NCBI RefSeq assembly: GCF_009914755.1
Contig: NC_060938.1
Direction: 5' to 3' (one strand)
From: the human T2T-CHM13v2.0 reference genome, Homo sapiens
DNA: 64,000 nucleotides
A model generated the notes under the pieces. The model was not told the origin of the DNA. It worked only from the letters and a program-made list of their open reading frames with translations, and did not search any database. The position numbers and the translations under genes are program-made. Positions 10,623 to 23,578 of this stretch are shown piece after piece; position 1 is the stretch's first letter, and every line of letters starts with the position of its first letter.

Positions 10623-13590
10623 CCCACCCCTAACACCCCTGTTTGCTTCTAGACCTATAACAATAGACTCAGGTCCCAGCAGGCCCCTAGAGGTGAGGTT
10701 CAGAGTGTGACCCATGAGGAGGGGCACTACGCTCCAAAATAACTGCTTGAGTTTTCTAATTTATGTAAGCAGAAATCTGGAGAACAGGAATGGGAATGGA
10801 TATTAAGGGTGTGGGGTAATGGTGGAAGGAAGATAAAGTTGGATCAGGCTGAATTTATTGATTTGGGCCCACTAAGCAGGGATTCTACATTTAATGTTGC
10901 AGCTTGGGGAGTTAAAAAAGGTTCTAATAGTTTATTTGCTTCGTTAGCTGAAATATGGATGAAAAGATGGCCCACTATAAGTGACCTAGAAATGCCTGAT
11001 CTCCCTTGGTTTAATGTAGAGGAAGGGATCCAAAGGCTTAGGGATATGGGAACACTAGAGTGGTTTAGTCACATTAGACCTGCTCATCCCAGCTGGGAGA
11101 GTCCAGAAGACATATCCTTCACTAATACCTTGTAAAACAAATTTGTGAAGGAGGCATCTGCTTCCTTGAAGAGCTCTGTGATTGTTCTCTATATGCCAGA
11201 TCTCACAGTGGGAACCGCAGTCACAATTACAAAACTGAAATACAATGGGAATAATTGAATCTCAAGGTAGCTGGGGCCAAGTGGCAGCCCTCAACCTTCA
11301 AAGGCAAGGTGGGCATAGTTACCGTAATGGACAGCAAAGGCAAAGCAGCAATCAGAATAGTCTGACTCATGTAGAGCTCTGGCATTGGCTAATTCATCAT
11401 GATGTTCCTAGAAGTGAAATTGATAGGAAGCCTACTGCATTCTTACTTAATCTATATAAGCAGAAAACTTCCAGGTTGAGTGGACAAAGACTAATTTGAA
11501 TTATAAAATGAGAGAATCATGGCCCCTCAATGAATTTCAAGACCTGAATGAGTTTACAGACCCAGAACCCCTTGAATGAAGGGGAGTCCGGATCCCCTTG
11601 AGGAAAGACCCCACTACATCACTGATAATTTATGCTGTTAATCTTTCTCCCATCCTTCCCCAAGAGACCTCTGGCCTTTTACCAGAGTGTCTGTGCACTG
11701 GGGAAAGGGGAATTATCAGAACTTTTGGGAACTACTGGGCACTGGCTCTGAGTTGACGCAGATTCCAGGGGACCCAAAACGTCACTGTGGTCCTCCAGTT
11801 AAAGTAAGGGCTTATTGAGGTCAGGTAATTAATGGAGTTTTAGCTCAGGTCTGACTTACAGTGGGTCCAGTGGGTCCCCAGACTCATCCTGGGGTCATTT
11901 CCCCAGTGCCAGAATGCATAATGGGCATAGACAGTCTGTCATACTTAGCAGCTCACAGAACCCCCACATTGGCTCCCTGACTGGTAAGGTGAGGGCTATT
12001 ATGGTGGGAAAGGTCAAATGGAAGCCATTAGAGCTGCCTCTACCTAGAAAAATTGTAAATCAAAACCAATATCGCATCCCTGGAGGGACTGCAGAGATTA
12101 GCGCCACCATCAAGGACTTAAAAGATGCAGGGGTGGTGATTCCTACCACATCTCCATTCAACTCTTTTATTTGGCCTATGCAGAAGATAGACGGATCTTA
12201 GAGAATGACAGTGTATTATCGTAAGCTTAACTAATTGGTGACTCCAATTACAGCTGCTGTATCAGATGTGGTTTCATTGCTTGAGCAAATTCACATATCT
12301 CCTGGTACCTGGTGGGCAGCCATTAATTTGGCAAATGCCTTTTCTCCATTCCTGTCCATAAGGCCCACCGGAAGCAATATGCCTTCAGCTGGCAAGGCCA
12401 GCAATATACCTTCACTGTCCTCCCTCAGGGGTATATCAACTCTGGCTTTATGTCATAATCTTGTCTGGAGAGATCTTGATCGCTTTTCCCTTCCACAAGA
12501 TATCACACTGGTCCATTATATTGATGGCATTATGGTGATTGGACCCAGTGAGTAAGAAGTAGCAAACACACTGGACATATTGGTGAGACATTTGTGTGCC
12601 AGAGGATGGGAAATAAATCTGACTAAAATTCAGGGACCCTCTACCTCAGTAAAATTTTTAGGGGCCCAGCAATGTGTGGCCTGTTGAGATATTACTTCTA
12701 AGGTGAAGGACAAGTTGTTGCATTTGGCCCCTCCTACAACCAAGAAAGAGGCACAGCGAGTCCTCTTTGTGGGCCTATTTGGATTTTGTAGGCAACATTT
12801 TCCTCATTTGGGTGTGTTACTCTGGCTCATTTATTGAGTGACCCGAAAGGCTGCCAGTTTTGAATGGGGTCCAGAACAGGAGAAGGCTCTGCAACAGGTC
12901 CAGGCTGCTGTGCAAGCTGCTCTGCCACTTGAGCCATATGACCCCCCAGATCCAATGGTGCTTGAGGTGTCAGTGGCAGATAGGGATGCTGTTTGGAGCC
13001 TTTGGTAGGCTCCCATAGGTGAATCACAGCAGAGGCCTCTAGGATTTTGGAGCCAGGCCCTGTGATCTTCTGCAGATAACTACTCTCCTTTTGAGAGACA
13101 GCTCTTTGTGGGTTTACTGGGCTTTGGTGGAAATTGAATGTTTGACTATGGATCATCAAGTCACCATGCAACCTTAACTGCCTATATTAACTGGGTGCTT
13201 TCTGACCCATCTAGCCATAAAGTGGGTCATGCACAGCAGCATTCCATCATCAAATGGAAGTGGTATATACATGATCAGACTCAAGCAGGCCCTGAAGGCA
13301 CGAGTAAGTTACATGAGGAAGTGGCTCAAATGCCCATGGTCTCCACTCCTGCCACTCTGCCTTCTTTCCCCCAGCCTGCACCAATGGCCTCATGGGGAGT
13401 TCCCTATGATCAGTTGACAGAGGAAGAGAAGACTAGGGCCTGGTGCACAGATGGCTCTGCATGATATGCAGGCACCACGTGAAAGTGGACAGCTGCAGCA
13501 CTACAGCCCCTTTCTAGGACATCCCTGAAGGACAGTGGCAAAGGGAAATCTTCCCAGTGAGCAGAACTTTGAGCAGTGGACCTGGTTGTA
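10623..13590 (+). pseudogene. HERV-L internal region: decayed 3' gag, protease, RT and start of RNase H
   Basis: Gag 'WGNGGRKIKLDQAEFIDLGPLSRDS'; protease LLGTGSELT (catalytic D->G, ~11732); RT 'QYRIPGG...TTSPFNS' and 'HYIDG' (YIDD-like); RNase H 'AWCTDGSA'; many stops and frameshifts. Confidence 0.93.
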
Positions 13591-14058
13591 CATTTGAGTC
13601 AGTGGACTGGGAGCGGCAGACCCACCCTCAATCTGAGTGGGCACCATCTAACCACCTTCCAGTGCAGCTGGAATAAAGCAGGCAGGAGAAGACAGAAGAG
13701 CAGACTTGCTGAGTCTTCACGCCTTCATCTTTCTCCTGTGCTGGATGCTTGCTGCCCTTGAATATCGAACTCCAAATTCTTCAGCTTTTGGACTCTTGGA
13801 CTTACACCAGTGGTTTGCCAGGGGCTTTCAGGCCTTTGGCCACAGACTGAAGGCTGTGCTCTTGGCTTCCCTACTTTTGAGGTTTTGGGACTTGGACTGA
13901 TCCACCACTGGCTTCCTTGCTACTAAACTTGCAGATGGCCTATTGTGGGACTTTACCTTGTAATCGTGTGAGTCCATTCTCCTTAATAAACCCCTGTTCA
14001 TATATACATCTATCCTATTATTAATAGTCGGTCCCTCTAGAGAACCCTGATTAGTACA
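13591..14058 (+). mobile_element. MLT2A(2) 3' LTR of HERV-L, lacking its first ~95 bp
   Basis: 'catttgagtcagtggactgggagcggcagacccaccctcaatctg' through 'ctctagagaaccctgattagtaca'. Confidence 0.9.
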
Positions 14059-14490
14059 GTGGGTGGTGAGGAGAATCAGCATTGCCTTGTCTGGCAACTG
14101 CCTCAGGGGAGGCCATCACTGTTGCCTCAGGCAGCTCAGGGTTTATCTCCTCAGATAAAGGTGGAAAGGCTGATGGCAGCCTGGATGGAAGAAAGGATGT
14201 TGTCACCACTGGGGCTGGGGAGGCTGTTTCCTCTGGCAAAAAAAGGCTCATCAGAGTTTACAAGCTCAGTGTCCCCAGCTTCATCATGGTCCTCCCACAC
14301 ATCCCCATTCCAAGTTGCAGGGTCCCATTCTTTTCCAATCAATACCCTCACTTTGACAGTAGACACCTGGTGAGACAGAGTGCACCTTTTGGTGCAGGTC
14401 AGCCACTTGCATGATAAGAGCTTGTGCCTGATTTTCCACATTTTCAGTCCTTTGTCCATAGGAGATAAGACTCTCACTCAGGGCAATTCT
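14059..14490 (-). pseudogene. HERV-L 5' gag fragment (original orientation)
   Basis: 'VSTVKVRVLIGKEWDPATWNGDVWED' and 'SEEINPELPEATVMASPEAVARQGNADSP' on the minus strand; this is the gag part immediately upstream of the piece starting at 10623. Confidence 0.92.
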
Positions 14491-14940
14491 ACGATAAGCT
14501 GTCTGCAAGCTGAGGAGCAAGGAAGCCCGTGGTGGATCAGTCCAAGTTCTAAAACCTCAAAAATAGGGAAGCCTACAGTGCAGCCTTCACTGTGGCCAAA
14601 GGCCTGAGAGCCCCTGGCAAACCAATAACGTAAGTCCAAGAGTCCAAAAGCTGAAGAACTTGGAGTCTGATATTCAAGGGCAGGAAGCATCCAGCATGAG
14701 AGAAAGATGAAGGCCAGAAGACTCCGCAAGTCTGCTTTTCTATCTTCTCCTGCCTGCTTTATTCTAGCTGCACTGGCAGTTGATTGGATGGTGCCCACCC
14801 AGATTAATGGTGGGTCTGCCTCTCCCAGTCCGCTGACTCAAATGTTAATCTCCTTTGGCAACACCCTCACAGACACACCCAGGAACAGTACTTTGCATCC
14901 TTCAATGCAATCAAGTTGACATTCGGTATTAACCATAACA
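14491..14940 (-). mobile_element. MLT2A(2) 5' LTR of HERV-L, 3' end deleted
   Basis: Reverse complement starts tgttatggttaatacc...caacttgattgcattgaaggatgcaaagta; it shares idiosyncrasies with the 3' LTR (gaatatc, gactgatccacca). Confidence 0.9.
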
Positions 14941-15023
14941 AATAACAAAATCTGGTTTCTTGGAGTATGAACATTTACTGTTATAGTTTGCTGGACTTGC
15001 TTCATTTAGAAAATGTAAAACTA

Positions 15024-15305
15024 GGCTGGTCATGGTGGCTCATGCCTGTAAATCCAACACTTTGGGAGGCTGAGGCAGGAGGATCACTTGAGGCCAGGAG
15101 TTTGAGACAAGCCTGAACAACATAAGCAGACCTTTATAAAAAATTGCCAGGCATGGTGGTGCCTGCCTGCCATCCTAGCTACTCAGGAGGCTGAAGCCAG
15201 AGGATCGATGGAGCCCAGGAGCTCAAGTCTGCAGTGAGTTATGATTGTTTGCACCATTGCACTCCAGCATGAGTATTAGAGTGAGACCCTATCTCTTAAA
15301 AAAAA
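15024..15305 (+). mobile_element. AluJ
   Basis: 'ggaggatcacttgaggccaggagtttgagac' and 'gagcccaggagctcaagtctgcagtgag'. Confidence 0.9.
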
Positions 15306-15491
15306 GGAATTATACTATTACCATGCAATAAATCACTGTAAGCAATTTGGTATATTTTTTTCAGACTTGTTTCCATATATTTCTTTTTATATAGTTGTAA
15401 TCATTCCACACATGTAATATTGGCACTGTTCTTTAATATGAAATTATTAATAACTTTTATTTTACTACATGGTCTTCAGAACCATGGCTTT

Positions 15492-15565
15492 AATTATTAT
15501 ATAATAATTAATTATTATGATATATATTATATATCATATATATATCTATGATATAGATATATGAT
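15492..15565. repeat. AT-rich (TA)n-like low-complexity tract
   Basis: Directly visible. Confidence 0.85.
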
Positions 15566-15763
15566 GATTTACCTCTTTATTCCCTTCTAACTGGACATTA
15601 GTTTCTTACTTTTTTACTATTAAAATGGCAGCATTTAGCATATTTAAGTATGTAGCTTTTTCATATTTAATATTTTTCCTTACACTTAGAAGTTTAGCTG
15701 AGGATTAAAGGGCACAGGCATGTTTATAGCATTTGGTAAACAACGCCAAATTATTTCCCAAAT

Positions 15764-15792
15764 GGACACACAGACACACAGACACAGACACA

Positions 15793-15825
<33 letters not shown>
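15764..15825. repeat. Compound (CACAGA)n/(CA)n microsatellite
   Basis: Directly visible. Confidence 0.95.
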
Positions 15826-15827
<2 letters not shown>

Positions 15828-16534
15828 ATCTGTTTATGTGAGTGTATGATTTTGCTAAGAGAAAAAAATGCCTTGTTTTATTTTGTATTTCTCTGATTTC
15901 TTGTAGGTTTGAATATTTACCTAATTGCATCTCTCTGATGTTGTTCGCTTGTTCAGCTCTTTTGTGTTGGTCTGTTTCTAGGAAAATGATTCTTTTGTTT
16001 ACAGTTAGTTTAAGATGGTTACACTAAAGTTAGATTATTTATTACTTTCTGATACTCCTCTGTCCCCACCAAAATATGGACTTCAGTCTAAAGATACGCT
16101 TTTGAAATGCAACATTTTATCAATGAGCTTTAAAAGGGCTTAATAATGTTTGTACTCAAACAGAATAAACCACCTGAAATACTTCCTTAAGAAAATCCCC
16201 AGAGGTCCTTAAGAAGAGAGAGATCTTCAAGAAGTAAAGCTTGAGATAATACACGAGCAGCTCAAACTACTTACAAAAAATAGTGGGGCAATCTTACATC
16301 ATTTATTTAAAATAATTAGGTATTGATAGACATGAAAATCTAAATGCAAGATTCCTTAGCATCTCATACTTACCAGTTTCTTTTCCTTCCATGAAAACTG
16401 CACTTTCTTTCAAATGAAAGCACAGAGGGAGAAAATGGAAAGTCTGGGGGAACAGCCAATGACCGGTGAGTGTGTTGAAAGTTCTAGGATTTGCTGCCTC
16501 CTGTGTTTGACTCATCCATTACATACCTCTTGCC

Positions 16535-16975
16535 CTGGTGTATTAATCTGTCTGCAAGGAGCAGAAACCAATTCTAGCAAAAAAGCAGGGAAAAGAGAGA
16601 AAGGAGAAGATGTGTTGGTTGAGTATGGAGTTATCTCAGGACTCCAAGTTGAGGATGAAGCTTGGCCCCAGGGGGACAGTCAGGGATGGGGGTCCTCAGG
16701 AATGCCTCTTTTCTCTCAGTCTCTGTCTCCACTCCTCTCCCAATGCCAACTTTATTCTTTTGCTTAAGATCTTTCAGTCATGGATCCAAAATTCCTAGGA
16801 AAGGAGCTAATTGGCCTAGCTTAGCAGAGGAAGCTACCCACATCCCAGTTAACTACAGCTGTGAGGTCAGGAATTCCACAGTATGGAGACATAGTATTTC
16901 CTACTACACTTATTTGGGTGGTGTGTGAGTAGGTAGAGGCAGTTTCTAGAAAAAGGATGCTGAACAAAAAATTAA
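16535..16975 (-). mobile_element. Old MLT1K/L-like MaLR LTR
   Basis: 'tgcaaggagcagaaaccaattctagc', 'attggcctagctta', 'gcagtttctagaaaaaggatgctg'; heavily diverged. Confidence 0.45.
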
Positions 16976-17249
16976 GCAGCATGCTTACTATGCTTGCTAC
17001 CCTATTCTCCTTTGTACCAGCTACCTGCAACCTTAGCTCTGCTGGACCTCTTAAGGTGCTCTAACTTGTCCATTCCTCCAATAAGCTACATATTTGCACT
17101 TCAAACAACATGCACATGATATGCAATCTTCTTTTTGTACGTTTAAGTTCATGTACAAACAACGTATTGTAAATGCCTATGTGTTTATCATATATGTGTA
17201 TAGAGAGAAAGAAGTATTTCTTCAATTATGTTTATGAGAAGTTTCTAGG

Positions 17250-17406
17250 GAAAAAAGTAATGTTCTCTGGTCGGATAAGTTCTAGAAGCACTGAGCTAAA
17301 CAAAGATATACAATTTCTTTATAGCATGACTTCTCAGGTTTAGTGGGCTAATGGGTACTACATATTCATGAGAGAGAGACCATTAGATTTTCCCTAAACT
17401 TATTTG
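17250..17406. mobile_element. hAT-Charlie-type DNA transposon fragment
   Basis: 'ggtcggataagtt...gctaaacaaag...tttctttatagcatgacttctcag...ttccctaaacttatttga'; family not certain. Confidence 0.45.
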
Positions 17407-18061
17407 AATATATGTATATATGTGAGTGTATGTATATATATTTTTTAATTTGAGGAATATTTGTAAATATATTGGTTATTATGTAGAATGCAATTTGGGA
17501 AATGTTGGCTTGGGTTTGAAGATAAGCATAAATTTCCCTTTGAAAAAGTAAGAGACAAGTAGATTGTATGCAAAAAGACATGAAAATGTGTTAGTATAAA
17601 AGCTCAGAGGGAGAGGCAAGTAGAAGAAATAAGCAACTTTGGAAAAAAAATTAGCCAGGGGACGACATGGGTTTTAGCCCTTCCATCTCCCACTGACTTT
17701 TCAAGACCTCCAGTAACCGATGGACTCTGCTTCCTCTAGTGTAAAATGTAAGATTAAGACATTTTCTTTTTGGAACACCAACTGTATTTTTCATGGTGTT
17801 TGTATTGATTTATGAAATACTGTGCCTCAGAATTTAGCACTCTTTGGAGTATGTTTCTATATAAGTTTAAGATCCAAATCTAGTTCAGAAACAGCAATAG
17901 GTCTAGCCACTCTCTTTAACTAAAATTATTGTATCATTATAACTGGTAACCAGATTGTCAACATTTTAATTTCTCTTTTCTTTTTTTTCCCTGTACCAGA
18001 TTCTTCCTTCTAAATCAAAAGCAGTGTTATTTTTTTTTAAATTAAAGCTAACATTCCATGA

Positions 18062-18402
<341 letters not shown>

Positions 18403-18469
18403 AGAACTTTTAGATACTTTATCATACCTTAAAAGAGTTTGACTAAGATTGTTTGGTGAGGACAAAACA

Positions 18470-19110
18470 ATTATCCATCCAACCACCATTTATCATGCCC
18501 TTTCTGTGAGCCTGGCTCTGTTTTAGATGCTCAGGCTGTGACAGTGAACAAGACAAAGCCAAGCCCTGCCCCATGGGTCTTCCATTTGAGTGTGCGTGCG
18601 TGCATATGTGAGTGTATATGCATGCGTGTGCATGTGTGTATGTGGACTGAGTACAATAAATATATAACAATGTCAAATAGATAAGTGCTAAGAAGAAAAA
18701 TAAAGCAGGCTAAAGGGATAAAGAATGATTGAAGGTGCTGTGTTAGAGAGGGTGGTCAGGGAAGGTCTCTTTGTTCAGATATCTCAGCAGACACTTGGAC
18801 TAAGGGAGTGCTTCACGAGGCTTTGTAAAGGAAGAGAGTTCCATCTGGAAAGGCAAGTGCTAATGCCCTGGGGTGTTCATGTGCTGGGTGTGTTGCAGGA
18901 GCAACAGGGAGGCCATAGTGGCTGGTGTCCAGTGATGAAAGGGAAGGGAGAGATGGCAGAGGAGTCAGAGCTGTAGTGGGGGTGAGAGTGTGTGTGCGTG
19001 TGTGTGAGTGTGTGTGTGTGTACATGGAGGGGGAAGGGGACCAGACAACAAAAGGCCTTGTTGGCTATAGGAATAATTTTTTATTTTATTCTAAGTGTGA
19101 TGGGATAAAA
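18470..19110 (-). mobile_element. L2 3' fragment with internal TG-rich tracts
   Basis: 'cagtgaacaagacaaagcc', 'gggtggtcagggaaggtctct', 'ggaggccatagtggctgg'. Confidence 0.8.
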
Positions 19111-19894
19111 TAACCAGAATACAAAACAGCAGGAACAACATCATCTACGTTCTTTTATTACTCTTTCATCTCAATCATTGTAGCCAAAAAATTCTTACGT
19201 GAAAGGAAATGAAACATTTGCACTATCTGGCAATCACTTTGAGAGAAGGGACACAAGGAAATAGCAGTACTGCATGTGGGAGAGCCATGATGAATAGGCC
19301 CTTTTTAAATGGGAAGGGCACCACTGCTGCTTTGGGGTTCATTTGTTGTCTATAAATATCACTGTTAATACAACCCATTAACTTGGTGACTGGGTGAAGA
19401 AAGGCAAGTAGCACCAGGTTGGAACTGCCTGCTGGTGAGTCAGAATGCTCTGTTCCTACTTGTACGCCTTAGGTGAATGGAAAGCTATTTGTAGGTAGAG
19501 GCATGCTGGCACAAGCTGGGAAGACGCATAAATCAAGTGACACTCAAGGCTTACTTGTGTCAGAAGCAGAGAGAGCTTTTACTGTACCCTCAGAAATCCA
19601 CTTAAGATATAAAGAGATTAGGTCAGAGGAAGTAAAGAGTCCTCTATCTTCCTTGTAATACACCTATTAGGTGGATTTCAAGCAGGTTGCTCTGGCCTGA
19701 CTCCTGGGAACATCTTTTTTAATGGCATTTAGAAATGTAACAGATTTCAGGTGCCAGGGCCTGACAAAGTGGCTCCCCAGTTGCTCTGAACTTGGTAGCT
19801 TTAAATTCTAAGTCTGGCTTTATCCCCCGAGGACTCTACGTATGAGTGAGACCTATTATTTCCTCTCTTCTTTTTCACCATCTCAGGTGTTGGA

Positions 19895-20080
19895 ACCGGA
19901 ATAAACCTGCGTTCCAGTTCTAGCTCCAGAACTTGGTTGCCATGTGTCCTAATTAGCAAGTACATGATCTTTCCGTGCCTCAGTTTCCTCATTTATAAAA
20001 TAGGGACAATAACACGTAGCTGTTGGGTGAGGATGTAAAGTGCCAGCGAAGAACCTGGCACTCAGAAAGCACTTGAGAAA
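19895..20080 (+). mobile_element. MIR
   Basis: 'ccgtgcctcagtttcctcatttataaaataggg...acctggcactcagaaagcact'. Confidence 0.8.
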
Positions 20081-20299
20081 TGCAATATATCTTGGAGTGC
20101 AATCAAAAGGGATCTGAGCCTCCTGGAGCTATCACTTGATGATTAGTTGACTTGAGGGTCATTTTTACACATTGTTGGCATTCAAAAAATTGAAATTCAG
20201 CTATAAAATATATGTGGTCCCTATTTACGCTTCATCTAGATACTCTTCCACTCTTCCCTTTCCTACAATCCTGCCCAGTCACAGAAAGGGAGAGGAAGC

Positions 20300-20520
20300 A
20301 AGACTTAGTAACCACCTACTGCAGACAAGGCGTTTTACATTATCTTGTCTCACTTGATCTTCATAACATTTTTAAAACGTAAGTGTGTATTATTATCTTC
20401 ACTTAATGATTAAGAAAATAGAGCTCTGAAAAGCAGAATTAAGAACCTAGCAACTGACAAAGTGGCCGAGATGGAGTATCAACCTAGGTCTGCTTGAATC
20501 CCAAACCTGAATTCCTTCCA
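20300..20520 (-). mobile_element. MIR
   Basis: 'tctcacttgatcttcataac...attatcttcactt...caacctaggtctgcttgaatccca'. Confidence 0.65.
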
Positions 20521-20899
20521 GGACCCTGGGTGATCTACTGAGACCACACTACCATCAGCAAATAGAGTGCTGCACCAGAAGAATCTCCTGAACACAAAAT
20601 AACAAGGGAAACTGGAGCCAGGTGAATTTTACCCTTCTGGCCTAGTCTCTGCATCTCACTGGACTATGTGAATAATTAATGTCCCCGAAATGGGGCCAGT
20701 CCTTTTGTGAATAGTTGAGTATAAATCTATCCTTAGGCAACATGAAGCAAGGATACTTCTGGCCTATTTTTAAAAATCAGCTCCCCTGCTTGACAACCAG
20801 TCCTAGGGTCTTATAGCCCTTATAGATGTCCTCATTTTGAGCCTCAGTCCCCATCATGGGGGGGCCACCATCACTCTTATAATAGCTCTACCCAGATGT

Positions 20900-21115
20900 G
20901 AAGACAGATCTTCAATCCCACCATAGGCTTCTCTTTTATGGAATGACTAACCTTTAGGTTCCTTTAGGTTTCTCATATGACCTATTTCCTTGGCCTTTTA
21001 ATACTTTTCACAACTGTTTTCTGGACACTTTCCAAACTTTCTGCCACTTGCCGAAGTTACTGAGTCAAAAAGGAGACATGAATTCTAATAGAGCTCTGAG
21101 AAAAGCTGAATTTAA
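20900..21115 (-). mobile_element. L3/CR1 LINE fragment
   Basis: 'ttcctttaggtttctcatatgacc...ttctggacactttcca...ctctgagaaaagctgaa' resembles the L3 antisense consensus. Confidence 0.55.
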
Positions 21116-21954
21116 AGGACTTCCCCGGCCCCCATCTCACATGCTTGCCTCCCGCTTCCACACCCCCGGGGTGTGCTCCGTGTCTATGCTGCAGCACTAA
21201 AGGATCAAGTCATTTTCCCCGTGGCAAAGAAATGCCAACTTTGAAAAAAAAAGCAAAAGACAAAAAACAATAAATTAGGAAGCCGGGGCTTCTGACAGTA
21301 TCTGATAGAGCTACTGTTGCTACTATTGTAATGAACAATCCTAATATATACGCTTTTTAGTTCTAAGAAGGAACATACATAAAAATGAGTATGTTTTCCA
21401 CTAGCATCAAGAGCTCACAAAGGATACCAAGGAAATGGATCAATTAAATGCCCCTTATTAATACTCTTGGCCTAAGAAAAGGAAAATCCTTAGTTAATAA
21501 ACAACTGGGAAGATACTCATAGCAGGCAAGCAGATAAGATTAAAAAAATCTTTACAGCACAAACTGTTTCAAAGTTTTAAGTACCAAGATTTGGTCTGTC
21601 TTTATAACTTTTGGGGAATTTAAAAGGAATTACTTGGAATAAAGAAAGAAGCAGCTGTTGCTTTTAAAAATACTTGCTCACATATATCTAGCCACAGGAA
21701 AACATGTTCATAATTTGACGTTTGAAGTTTCAGTATTTGATTTGGTTAATTATTTTGAGAGTTATCATTTCATTAAATGTGTTTCAATTCAGTTTGAGGA
21801 TTAGAAGAGCTTTCAGAATTCTTACATGTGATGTCTTTGTTGCATCTTTGATCAGTATTTTTTTTCCCTTGAAAATATATTTTCTGGTTTTAAAGAGTCA
21901 ATGAAAAAAATGAATGATTCAGTTTGCAGAAATTTCGGATCTAACAAATCGATC

Positions 21955-22120
21955 AAAACAACCAGACAAATCTGGCTACAAATCCTGTCTCCCACACTGG
22001 CAAACAATGGTACGTTGAGAAAGTGATTTAACTCTCTGTGCCTTAAGTTTCTGTGATAACTAATATATATGCAGGTCTTAATATGGGCTTGGAATGTGAT
22101 CACAGCTTAGAAAACATTTG
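21955..22120 (+). mobile_element. MIR
   Basis: 'cagacaaatctggctacaaatcctg...aagtgatttaactctctgtgccttaagtttc'. Confidence 0.7.
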
Positions 22121-22569
22121 TGTCCCTTACATCCTTGTCAACTTCTATTTGTTCAGTTAATTTGAATTCTAATCCAGTCCTTCAAAGTATTAGTTATCTC
22201 ACCATTTTAACAATCTCATCATTGATAAAAGCATTTAAAATGTCATTTAAATTAACAAACCTTTTGAAAGTCCAACTGAAATGCTGCTTATAAAAGCAAA
22301 TTATTTTCTGGCTTTTGTTTTTCTGACTTTACCTGGAAAAAGTCTTCATTATTTCTTCATGAACCTTACTAGCTTGTAACATTTCCACTCCTTGTAACGT
22401 TTAGGTGTGCCATATGTCTATGTTTTTTGTCACCCAGCATGCCATAATTTTCATCTGTGACATAAGCATTCCCCTATCACATGTGCACCCCTTGCTGCCC
22501 TGTGGTTCCAGGATAGTTATGGTTGTTTTTGATAAGAACTTCTATTTTCCTGACTTTATTTACCCATAA

Positions 22570-22918
<349 letters not shown>

Positions 22919-23055
22919 CCAATTTTCTTAAGCCAACTTAAAAATTAGGAAACATTGGTATTAAGTTTCTGACTTAAAAAATTGGGGGAGTGGGCAAATA
23001 ATACCAATTTTCAATTTTTCTCTACTAATGGGGAGAGACGAAAGTTACCACACTC

Positions 23056-23578
23056 TGTGGTAAACTCTTAGGTTGGTGACCCCCAATGAACCACAGCTGT
23101 TGGAGTTCTTACCCTTGTGTAGTCCCCTCCCACATGGACTCTGGGCTTGATCATGGAGCCATCTTTGGCCAATGGGACATTTGGCAAGTATGATGCAAGG
23201 AGAGGCCTGATAAGTGATTTCATATTGAGGCTTGTTTTCTTGGAATATTTGCTCTTGGGAACTTGTGGCCATCTTGTCAGAAAACCCAAACAGCCACATA
23301 GATGGATCTATGTGGAGGAGGAGAGAGGTCCCTGGCCAACAGTCCTAGTTGAGGTCCAGCTGACAGTACAAGCTTGCCAGTCTTGCAAGGAAACAATCTT
23401 GAAAGTGCATCCTCCATCCTCAGTTGAGCTGCCTCAGCTGATACTATGTGGAACAGAGACAAACTGTCCCTGCTGAACCTTGACCAAACTGCAGAACTGT
23501 GAGCAAATAAATGATTGTTGTTATTTTAAGCCACTATGTTTTAGGATGGTTTGTATGTGGCTGTAGACAATGGAAGCA
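23056..23578 (+). mobile_element. MLT1F/G-type MaLR solo LTR
   Basis: 'cccttgtgtagtcccctcccaca', 'gaactgtgagcaaataaatgattgttgttattttaagccacta'. Confidence 0.85.

Noticed and set aside
10809-13464. HERV-L ORFs as a domesticated gag/pol gene
   Set aside because: They are fragmented by stops and frameshifts, and the protease and RT catalytic Asp residues are mutated.
21159-21175. Short palindrome cacacccc-c-ggggtgtg
   Set aside because: 8-bp arms are expected by chance in 64 kb.
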